From the NCBI RefSeq assembly GCF_011386835.1, contig NC_088803.1, positions 54,808,001 to 54,872,000 on the forward strand: a stretch of 64,000 bases of DNA. Reading direction: 5' to 3'. Of the stretch, positions 1 to 17,800 are shown in pieces. The translations under genes and the position numbers were made by a program. How positions within the stretch are numbered: the first letter of the stretch is position 1; every line of letters starts with the position of its first letter. Source of the stretch: Chrysemys picta bellii (Eukaryota). The notes under the pieces were generated by a model. It was not told the origin of the DNA. It saw nothing but the letters and a program-made list of their open reading frames with translations, and made no database searches.

Positions 1-1505
1 TTTAGATGCTAAGAAAGCTTTGCAGAAATAGAAATCACTGAAGCCTTAAGTGAGAGAAGAGCCAGAGTCTGCCTCCTGCATCAGTTCCAGCCATCTTACG
101 AAGCCCTAGTGAACATTCTGAGGCAACTTGCCTGGTACTGCAACTGCCCCCAACAGCTTCCAGCCTAGAGGGCCGACGGGGAAAAAGATATTGATTCACA
201 TTCTGAGCTGGACACAGGCCCTCCACAAAAGGTGTGGTCCAGTCCAGGAATAACATGAGAGGTTGCTTGCTACCAAAGTTGCTCATTAGAGCATTGGGGT
301 CCTGTTAGATCAAAGTAGGTTTAATGATTGATAATTGCACATGCAAACACATGAGTCAGGTTCAAAATATCATCCTAGGACTGAAAAGCCTGCACAGCAG
401 CGCGTATCTTATCTCCCTGTGTTTGGACATTCACAGAACTAACTCAAAACAACTAGCAGAGAAACCACTGGATTTTAGCCTTGGTACCAAAATAATCTGA
501 ACTTTAAGCCAGTGAAACAAGGGAAGGCTTCCCCTACATCGATAAGTCACTCTTCTGCCTGTTCCATAGTTACAGTTGTTCTTTGGTTTTACTGTAGTGC
601 TGTACATGTGGCCTCACATCTAGAATCCAGGTATCAGCCAATAAGCACTGATCCATTACAACAAATGTGGCATGTTAGCCAGCATAGCAATTCTTATGTT
701 ACTAGCCATTAACATGTCAGGAGTTCTTCCACAGCCTCCTTGTCTCACTTAGTACTTCGCCTCTCTAAGGTAGTCAATGAGGTGACTAATTAGCGATGGT
801 GGATTTTGTGACATGGCCACCTGTCCCATCAGGAATTTGACTGAGACACCAAACTGATTGCACACCTCGTCCACTGAACAGCTTTGCGATGGAAATGACT
901 TTACCACTACTGGAGTGGGCTGGATGGCCCCATACCCACTATCCCTATCTATGAACATCTTCACCAGAGGCCGTAACACAGGAGTCCCTGGATGTTCTGC
1001 AGGACATAAATGGCAACACACTGTTTCTGCTCCCTGCACCCAAACCTCAGCCCAGAACTGCCTCTCCAAGCTGATCCCAACTTGGAAATGTCACAAAAAT
1101 GAGAGCAGGCAGGAGCTCAGAGACGATAGGTGGGCAGGGCAGGGCAGGGAGGCAGAAACTAGAGCTATGGAGATCAGGACACAGAGGTGAGAGCCTCAGG
1201 AGTGTAGAGAAAAGAGGCTGGAAGGTCAGACAAATGAGTGTTGGGGAACCTGAGCTAGGTTCTGATTTTCAGGGCTGAAGCTGTATCCAGCAGGAAATGA
1301 GTGCTTTCTCCCGTCTAATCTGTCAGTCTTGTGCTCAGCACCATGGGAGCTGAGCTTGTGCCCCTGGGAGACTGTGACATTTAATCTTACTGGATTTAAG
1401 TAGTTTTTTTGAGCCCCACCGCACTCTGATCTCCCTGAGCTCTGATCCAGCCAGAGGGGCCTGTCCAGGATGGTTCTACAGGGAGGGGAGGAAACAGATA
1501 CCTAC

Positions 1506-2184
1506 AGCCATATTCCACTTGGATGACACGGACGCTCTTGGTTGAAGCAAAGACATCGATCACTGCATAGAGTGGGCGGGAGGCAGGGAGGCTCCTGGCA
1601 CTCGGTCCCATGTCCTCTCCATTGATGATGATGTGCATGTCTGCCATCCCGTCAGACCGGACGGCATACAGCACCCCAATCCTGCTCCTCCGGGCTGTCG
1701 GGGGCAGCACATTTGTCTTGTACAAGTCATCCAGCATGTGGCTGTACTGGCTGGGCCTGCTTCGTCCCACCAGCTTGTCTCGGGGAATCCTGACTTGTTC
1801 TATGAGCAGGTAGGGGTCTGAGAGGAAGCCTTGGACCCGAGCCTCCGAGCCATCTGGAATAACACGGTTGTGATGCCTGGTGATGGCAAAAACCCAGGTG
1901 TCCCCCATATTGACCAGGTCTGGGAGCGAATACTCGGGCACCACATCCAGGCTTCTTGGGTCATGTGCTGTTAGCCCCACCCGCAAGTGGCCACACCAGC
2001 CCAGCTCCTTCTCCTCAATCTCCACTAGGAAGATCTGCCCAGGCTCCAGGGGCTCCTGGCTGAAACATAGCCCGTTGGCAAAGCTCTCCACCCGGGTGGC
2101 CTGAGTGTGCGAGGGGTCGATGCAGATGTTGGTGCCATGGACGTGGTGGAATCGGGTGGGTGGGTGGCAGGCAGCGGCAGCCAT
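1506..2184 (-). CDS. NEURL2: Neuralized-like protein 2, first coding exon (NHR/neuralized domain); the SOCS-box exon is not in the window
   Basis: Translation MAAAACHPPTRFHHVHGTNI...FSQEPLEPGQIFLVEIEEKELGWCGHLRVGLT...DVFASTKSVRVIQVEYG matches recalled vertebrate NEURL2. Phase-1 donor GGCT|GTAGGT at 1506/1505. A further in-frame ATG lies at 2289. Head-to-head with CTSA, as in human. Confidence 0.93.
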
Positions 2185-3105
2185 CTCTGTGGCATTCCCC
2201 CAGAGCACGGGGTTGTGGCTATTTTTAAGCAGGCCAGTCAGGCTCGAGCACCTGGCACTGTACAGCTGTTGTGGGGAGAGTGGTGACATTTGTACACTCC
2301 TAGTAGGGAACGCAGAGCCCCAGTGAAGCGCTCAAGGGTCCTAGTGCTAGTGAGAGCCTGAGCGAAGCTGGAGAAAATGAACCAGCCTCGTGTCCTGTCA
2401 GCCTGAGCAGGGGGGCGCTCACCTCCCTCCTGGGGCTGTGGGGGGCTCTGCCGGGCTCCGGGCTGGCCCAGGCTCGCTGCACCGGGGAGCTCAGCGTGGG
2501 GCCGGGCCTGGCGAGCTGTGCCCGGGAGCTTGGGGCACAGGCCCAGCCCCTTCTGCGGCCAGAGGGAGACCTGGGCAGGTTGCGCTGGGCCCCCCCCCCA
2601 GCCGCCCCGTGTGTCTACCCCGGCCAGCGCCTGACTCCTCCGCCAGGCGGCGCTGCTCCCGCAGGGCCTCGCGCGCCGGCCAGAAGCCGGAATTGAGGGT
2701 GGAGACTGGGAGCCGCTGGGCTCTGATTGGCTCTATTCGGGATTGGCCCCGCCCCTCCGCGATCAGCTGCGCCCAGCGTCACGTGACCGCCTTGGTTCAT
2801 ATGGACGGGAGTCACGTGCCTTGTTCCCTACTCAAGGGGAACCTGCTGCCGGGAGGTGAGAGCCGGGCGGGGCTGGGGAGCTCGGGCCGCGGCAGCCTGG
2901 GCTGGGGGGTCCTGGGCCGGGTCTGGCTGGGCCGCGCTGGGGGGTCCTGGGCCGGGCCGGTGGGAGCGGGTCTGGCTGGGCCGGGCCGGGCCGGGTCTGG
3001 CTGGGCCGGGGGGAGCGGGTCCTGGGCCGGGTCTGGCTGGGCCGCGCTGGGGGGGTGCCAGGCCGGGGCTCCCCCCGCCGGGCTGACTCTCGTCTCCGCC
3101 CGCAG

Positions 3106-9793
<6,688 letters not shown>

Positions 9794-10470
9794 GAGCCTG
9801 GCAGAGCAGGGCCTGCACTACTGCCTGGGGCAGCTCCCCACCCCTTCCCGGGCCACAGGCCACTGCCTGGCAGGACCAGGGCCTCTCACTGCTCAGCGAC
9901 TGCACTAGATACGGGTTTTCCACAGTGCTGAGTGCACTGGGTGCTGGCACAGGCCAGTGGGTGTCCGACTGCTCCCTAGCTCCTCCAGCGGGGGAAAACT
10001 GACCTGGGTTTCCATGCTTCTGGGGGGGTGGGGGGTGCTGCCCTTCACCTCTAATGGGGACCCCTGCCTGTAGGCCGTGCAGGCTTGGTGTCAGTGCACT
10101 GCAGGGGTGGGGGCTAGAGCTGAGTGGCTGGGCAGCTGCTGGTTTTGCTCCTGCTGTGGCCTTTACCTCCTGGGGCTCTCCTGCCTCTTGCCCTGGGCCT
10201 TGGAGCTGCCATCTCACCTTGGGGTGGAACAGTACCCACCCCATGGCCTTGTTTTGCTCCGAGGCTCCCTGCACGTGTCCCCTGGGGCTGGCTTAGGCAT
10301 CACCCTGTGCCTGCAACAGGCCTTGCTGTAGCCAGCAGCCACCTGTGCTGTGTCTCAGGTCTGCCCTGCGAAAGTTCTCAGGTGTCCTGATGAAGGAGGT
10401 GTGAAATGAAGACATTCCCAGCCCTGCCCCCACTCACTCCCTAGGGCATGGGCTGCTCCCTGGGCCTTGC

Positions 10471-10476
10471 AATAAA
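10471..10476 (+). terminator. Probable CTSA polyadenylation signal
   Basis: First AATAAA seen downstream of the stop at 9793, followed by GT-rich sequence. Confidence 0.7.
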
Positions 10477-10874
10477 ATGTCACAGCTGAACCTGGATCCT
10501 TGTGACTGTTGCTCATTTCCCCCCAGCTCATGGTGCCTGGGCTGGGAGCCTGGATGTTTAGGGGCCCCTGTGGCTGGGGGAGACCTTCCTGGTCCCCCAC
10601 ATTTGCCCTTCCGGGAGGGACTGTGCATGAGGAGGCTGGGAGGGCCTCACCTGTACCCCAGCTGGGCCCTGTCCTGCTACTAGCAGCCGGGCCATACAAT
10701 GCAAGCCTCTGCAGCAGCCGAACGGCTCGGAGGGCCCCGGCGTGAAGGGGGCAGCCTGCAGCAGGGCTGGGGTGATGCCATTCCAGCCAGTGTGGGGAGG
10801 GAGCAGCTGGGCTCCTACTACTCACTGCCCAGAGCTAATCGCTCTTCCCTCCAGCTGGGATGGGGTGGCAATAG

Positions 10875-11358
10875 TAGGGTTACCATACGTCCGGATTTTC
10901 CCGGACATGTCCGGCTTTTGGGGGCTCAAATCCCCGTCCGGGGGGAAATCCCCAAAAGCCGGGCATGTCCGGAAAATCGGGAGGTCGGCCGGGCCCGCGG
11001 GGACCCCGGCCGGCGGGGAGCTGCGTCGGCCGGGCCCGCGGGGAGCTGGGGGTTTGCCGGGCCGCCGGGGGCCGGCAGTGCTGGGCGGGCCGGGGGTGGT
11101 CGGCCGGGGCCGGCACCCCAGGGCCCGAGCTGACCCAGGCTGGAAACGCCGGGGGCCCAGCCTGGGCCGCGCCTCCTCCCCCCACACCTCCCTTACCTGC
11201 TTCAGGCTTCCTGCGAATCAAATATTCGTGGGAAGCAGGGGAGGGGGCGGAGACTTTGGGGAGGGGGCGGGGTTGGGCAGGGGTGTGGGCGGGGCTGGGG
11301 GCGGGGCCGTGGGCCTTGGAGTGTCCTCCATTTGGAGGCACAAAATATGGTAACCCTA
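10875..11358. mobile_element. Non-autonomous hAT element (MITE) between the convergent CTSA and PLTP 3' ends
   Basis: TIRs TAGGGTTACCATA / TATGGTAACCCTA with a perfect 8-bp TSD GGCAATAG (10867-10874, 11359-11366). Confidence 0.9.
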
Positions 11359-11745
11359 GGCAATAGGGGCTGGCTCCAGAGGCCCTGGGTTCAAAGGAAC
11401 GCCTCCCTCTGGAATCTGAGAACTCCCCTGCCACTGCAGCTATGCTCCAGGGGGTCCTTGGGGCCAGCATGGAGCTGAGCTGGAAGGTTGGGGGGAGGGG
11501 AGGGAGGAGAGAAGAGCCCTCTGGGGAACTCTGGGTCTCCAGTCCCCAATCACAGGGGGGGGCTTGGTTACTGCAAGGGCTGCTTCAGCTGCTGGGGCCT
11601 GCAGGTGCACGGTCTCCCCCAGCTGGCTCTAGCACCAGTTCCCAGGCCCCCATCAGCTGTACGGGCAGGGGGAGCAGTCTGACAGCTGCTGGGAAAGGCC
11701 CCGTGGCCAGTGATGCCCAGACAGCCCAGGCAGTGTCTAACCCTG

Positions 11746-11751
11746 TTTATT
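11746..11751 (-). terminator. Probable PLTP polyadenylation signal
   Basis: TTTATT on + (AATAAA on -), about 90 bp after the PLTP stop. Confidence 0.7.
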
Positions 11752-11839
11752 AGTGTCACAGTGCAAGTGCTGCCATGCCTCCCCGAGCAGCTACAGCCAG
11801 GGGCTGGCTCCTGGCGCAGGCCGAGCAGGTGGGTGCTTT

Positions 11840-14800
11840 CTAGCGAAGGCTGGCCTGGGGCTCCGTAGTGTTGAAGGAACTCGGCAGGGGAGGGTCAGAG
11901 CCACTTGGCGCTGTTTCCGGGCTTGGCAGGCTCGTGTTAAAGGAACTCGGCAGGGGAGGGTCAGAGCCAGTTGGGGCTGTTGGTTGCGGGCTCGGCAGGC
12001 GGCTGGCCCGGGCAGGCTGGTATTTCTCAATCACCTCCCGAAGTCCCTGGGAGAAATGGAGATCTGCCCCCACCGTGATGAATCCCTGCAGAGTGAGAAG
12101 GGAAGGAGCGTTAGCCCAGCAGGGGCCTCACCTCTCCCCCCATCATCCCTGAGCCAAAGAGTTGCAGGGGCCTGGCCCTCTGCCACTTCAGTGCCTGAAC
12201 TGGGCTGGCCTCGGGGGCTGCAGAGAGCTCAGGATAGCACTGTGGGGCCCTGAGCTCTGCATGGTAACTGGGTCCCCTGTCTGGGGCAGGTGCTGGGCCC
12301 CTCCTACAAGGCACACGTACCACATGGCTGGTGACTACCTCCTTGGTGAAGTCCATGCCCTCAGGCAGGGGGATCGGGACACCCTTCTTTGTCCTCTCTG
12401 CAGAAAAGAAAAGGGAGCGTTTGAGTGTGTGTCCTGGGCCAGTGCCCCACCCCCGCCTGCAGCACAAGTCCCTACCATTAAGGATGGGCATGATCATCAG
12501 CTGCAGCAGTGTCTTCAGGGGGGCCTGCAATGGGAAGAGCTGGGGGAGAGAGGAAGAAGCGTTAGAGCTGCGATGGGCCCCATGGCTCCCCCTGCATGCC
12601 CACCCCGGCCCCTGGGAAAGGCCAGCTGGTTTGGCCCAAGCCGAGTCTCCACAAAAACAGGAAACCCAAGAATAAGGGGGGATTTCAACTCTCCCCACAG
12701 TCCCGGGGAACATCTTGCCTCGGGGGGGGGGGATAGAGACCACATTTCTAGCCTACCGGCTAGTCCAAGAAGTCACAAGGGGGGGCAATTCCAGTAGTGC
12801 CCAGATCTAGTCCAAGAGGTGACTCTAACAGTTGCCCAGTAACAGCACTCCTCATGTCATTCAATTTATTATCCGGGGGGGGGGGGGTCAAAGAAACCCA
12901 TCCCTGTAGCATTAACTTCAGAAAGGGGAACTACACCGAAATGAGGCAGCTCGTTCTATGGAAATTAGAAGTAACAGTCGGGCGTGAAACGACTGCAAGC
13001 TGCATAGAAACTCCATAATAGAGGCTCAAACGAACTGTAAATCCCAAATAAAAACAGGCAGAGGACCGAAAATGCCCCCTGGCTAACCAGAGGAAGACGG
13101 GGGGGTAGAGAGGAAAAGGCCCCTTTCAAAATTAGAAGTCAAATTCTCCTGAGGACCAGAGAAAGGAACAGAAACTCGGGCATGTCAAGCGTAAAAGTAG
13201 AATTAGGCAAAAAAGACTTTGATGAGGAACTAGCAAAAGCTGCCCAAGCTGACAGTTCAGTACATCAGAAAGGGGAAGCTGCCAACCGGCCCGCGGGACA
13301 GTCCAGGGCCTGACGACACGGCTGCTGCGGAGAAACGACATGAATTCTTTGCTGCAGAGCTGGGAGGAGATTCCCACACCTGAGAGAGTCTTTTGAGGTG
13401 ACAGAGCTGAGGAACTGTCCCGTAGAGGAGCTTTTGGAACATATTTTTAAATTCAAGGGTAATAAGGCCTGGGACTGGTTGGCATTTACCCACGAGTTCT
13501 GAAGAAACTCAGCTATGAAATTGCAGAACTACTGACTGCTATGCAACCTGTTGCTTAATTCAGCCTCTGTACCCCTAGGCGCTGACTCCCCACTTTCCTG
13601 GGGGTGCTCAGCTCCCCCTCTCTGCCCCTGGCCCTGCCTCCACGCTACCCCTTCCATGAGGCCCGGCCCTGCCTCTTCCCACCCCTTCCCCAACTCTGCC
13701 CCCTCCCAGCCAATATTCCAAATCCCCGCCTCCTCCCCTGAGCGCACCACGTTCCCACTCCTCCCGCTCCCTCCCGGAGCCTGCTAACACAGGCGGGAAG
13801 CGCTGGGAGGTAGGCGGAGGAGCGGGGACGCAGCACGCTCAGGGGAGGAGGTGGGGTGGGGGTGAGGGGAGCTTGGCTGCCGGTGGGTGCAGAGCACCCA
13901 CTAATTTTGCCCCATGGGTGCTCCAGCCCCGGAGTCAGCGCCTATGTCTGTACCAGATGATTGGTGGATAGCTAATTTTTTTTTAAAGGCTCCAGGGGTG
14001 ATTCTGGCAATTACATGCTGGTGACCCTAATTTCAGTACCAGGCAAACTGGTTGAAACTACAGTAAAGAACAGAATTAGCAGACACATAAATTAATACAA
14101 TATGTTGAAGAGGCACATGGATTTTGTAAAGGGAAATCATGCCTCCCCCATTCATTAGAATTCTTTGAGGGGTCCACAAATGTGGAAAAGGGTGACCCAG
14201 TGGATATAATGTACTTGGACCTTCTGAAAGCCTTTGACAAGGTCCCTCACTAAAGGCTCTTAAGCAAAGTCAGCAGTCATGGGAGAAGAGGGAAGGTTCT
14301 CTCATGGACTGGTAACTGGTTAAAAGATAGGAAACAAAGGATAGGAATAAATGGTCAGTTTTCACAGAAGAGGGGGGAAGGGAAAGTGAAACTAAACCCC
14401 ACAGCGTGACGGAGGGGAAAGGGCTGGCGCAGGTGCCGCTTCCAAACGCCAACCCCCCTGGTGGCACTGTGCCAATGCGGGGAGCCGGCCCTGATCCCCA
14501 GGGAGATCCCTACCTGCTCCCTGGGAGAGCCCGGCTCTGCCCTCCTTGCCCCTGAATCCCTCCTGGAGGGCAAAGTACTCAGAGCCTGGGAATGTTTAGA
14601 GACCCTGCGCGCTGGGGGCATTCTCAGCCTCCTCCTTGCTCATAGGTTCCCCGGGCCAGAAGGGACCGTTGTGATCATCTCCTCTGACCCCCTTGTTCTA
14701 ATGAACAATGCCACATTATGCAGTATGCATTTTTGAAAGTTTATAATAAGCGATGCTCTGGGGGGAAAGGAGGGTGGCACAAGGTGGAAATTTCGCCTCA

Positions 14801-17800
14801 GGTGCAAAATATCCCTGCACCGGCCCTGGTGGGAGGTCTAGGTTGGATATTAGGAAACACTATTTCACTAGGAGGGTGGTGAAGCACTGGAATGCGTTAC
14901 CGAGGGAGGTGGTGGAATCTCCATCCTTAGAGGTTTTTAAGGTCAGGCTTGACAAAGCCCTGGCTGGGGTGATTTAGTTGGGAATTGGTCCTGCTTTGAG
15001 CAGGGGGTTGGACTAGATACCTCCTGAGGTCCCTTCCAACCCTGAGATTCTATGATTCTATGACTAGGACTGTTCAGCTTGGAAAAGAGACGACTAAGGG
15101 GGGATATGATAGAGATCTATAAAATCATGACTGGTGTGGAGAAAGTGACTAGGAAGCATTATTTACCCCTTCACATAACACAAGAACCAGGGGTCACCTG
15201 ATGAAATTACTAGGCAGCAGGTTTAAAACAAGCACAAGGAAGTACCACATCACAGAGTCAGCCTGTGGAATGCGTTGCCAGGGGATGTTGTGAAGGCCAA
15301 AACTATAACTGGGTCCAAACAAGAACTGGATAAGTTCCTGGAGGACAGGTCCATCAACGGCTTTTAGCCCAGATTGTCAGGGATGCAACCCCATGCTCCG
15401 GGTGTCCCTAAGCCTCTGACTGCCAGGCGGGATGGATCACTCAGTAATTGCCTGTTCTGCTCATTCCCTTTGAAGCGCCCGGCGCTGGCCATTTGGCCAG
15501 GCAGACTGCTCTTGTGCCCTTTGTGCTTGGCCTGGGTAATAGGTTTGCTGGACCAAGGCCTGCGGTGGGGTCAGGGCACAAGACATAGCAGTTTAGGGCC
15601 AAGCAAGGGCAGCTGCAGGCCTTGGGCTGGGGGTTCTTTTTTTAAGTGAGAGCCCCCCCAATCTTTTCCACACGCTGCCCCATTTTAGGCATCCCCCCCA
15701 CCCACACCTGGACGTTTCCCCACTCCCCCTTCTTTCCCCTCACCACCGCAGGGGCTTCCCATTGCTCTCCCCAAAGCCCTTGGTGGATTTTCCCTGGGGA
15801 TGGAGGGAGAAGAGCTGGTCCCCTGTGGCTGTGCCACAAGGCCAGGGGCTCCCCGCCCAGCCCGGTTCTGCTGGATCGGGCCCATCTGTTTGATGCCCTG
15901 GGCTCCATGCAGGCTGTGTTGCCCCACTCACCGCCAGGGACTCCAGTGCCGACTGCTTGGAGTAGATCCGGAACCTGCCCGGGGGAGAGAGAGAGCACTG
16001 TGAGCACAGCTTCGAGGTCCAGCCCTGGGACGGCTCTGCAGTCTGGCCTTGGGATGCTGCCCAGACGCTCCAGCGAGGGGCTCCCAGGGACAGGGGAGTT
16101 ACCTTCGCAGATCCAACTGCACCTGCAGCGCTTTCCCTCGCAAAGACATCTTGGCACTCAGCTTGGCATCCTGGAGGGGAGACAAGGCCACAGCCCCATT
16201 ACTGCCTACCCCACAGAGCAGACAGCCCTGCCCCATGCCACCCTGCCGTTCTGCAACGGCAGGTTCGCTGCTGGCCATGGGCTCATGGGACCAGGTTCTG
16301 CACAGCTGCACGAACTGCAACAGGTGGGGCTGGGCTCCCTGCTGCGCCCGCCCGGGGAGCAGCTCACCATGGTCATGCTGGAGAGCTGGATGGCGGGATG
16401 GTCGACGGGCACCAGGGAGATGTTAAGGACGGCAATGACCGAGACGGAGGTGCCCGAGGGCTTGATTGTCCAGAGTGGAGGAGCCGACACCTGCAGCACC
16501 AGCTTCAGGGGCGCGTCCACCACAGCGGGGCTCTGCCGGGAGAGAGCAGGGTCAGGGGAGCAGGGGGCAGGCAGCACAGGGCTGAGCCGGGGCCCTGAAG
16601 GCAGACGGCTCTTCTCACTAGCAGCCCCATTGCCATCCTCCTGGGCCCACACTGGACCTCCGGTCCAAGGAGCTGCACCCCCTCCACGGAAACGGCCTCC
16701 TCCCAGGGTCGCCCGCCCCATGGCCACCGCTCTCACCAGCATGATGATGCTTCCGAAGAACGAGGCTCTCAGCAAAACCTCCAGATCCTTGGGCACCTGA
16801 AAAACATGCAACCGTCCTGGGTAAGGAGATTGCCCTGCAGTACACTGCTGTTACCCCGCCCCTCCCCCCACCTGCGCTCCTAGTGTCCCTGCCCCTCCTC
16901 CCCCCATCAGCCTGCCCCTCCCCCATCTGCATGCCCCTCCCCCCTCCACGCCTGCCACCTCTGCCTCTCCCCCATCTGCATTCCTAGTGTCCCTGCCCCT
17001 CCTCCCCCCATCAGCATGCCCCTCCCCTCTGCACACCCAGCACCCCTGCCCCTCCCCCATCTCCACACCCAGCACCCCTGCCCCTCCCCCATCTGCATGC
17101 CCCTCCCCCTCCACGCCCACTACCTCTGCCCCTCCCCCATCTGCATTCCTAGTGTCCCTGCCCCTCCTCCCCCCATCAGCATGCCCCTCCCCTCTGCACA
17201 CCCAGCACCACTGCCCCTCACCCTCACCCGTCTCCACGCCCACCACCCCTGCCCCTTCCCCCATCTGCACTCCTAGTGTCCCTGCCCCTCCTCCCCCCAT
17301 CAGCATGCCCCTCCCCCTCGCCCCGCTGCACACCCAGCACCCCTGCCCCTCCCCCCATCTGCACGCCCACCACCCCGTCCCTCCTCACCTCCTCCCCTGC
17401 AATCTCCATGCTCAGCACCCCCGCCTGGTAGTAGGCATCCATGGCAGAGTTGAAGAAGTACTCGGAGAAAGCCACGTAGACCATGCGCTCCGTCTCCTTG
17501 ATCACTGGTGCCACCGCCTGGTTCGGCAGCGTCTCGTTCCACCGATAGTAGAACATGCCCTGGGCAGCACAGAGCTAGTGAGCGCCGGCCCCCGCCCCGG
17601 CCCCACAGAACAGGCTCCCCTGGGCACTCAGCCATTGCAGCCCCGGGCTGGGGCCCGGCGTCCCCACGCACTGGTATCCGCGTGCATGGTGGGCCGACCC
17701 CGCGCACCCCGGAGCCAGGGCATCACAGACGTGGCCCAGTGGCTCCCGCGGCCACGCTGGAGCTCCTACCCCCCCCCCCCCCCCGTTACCTTGAAGTCCA

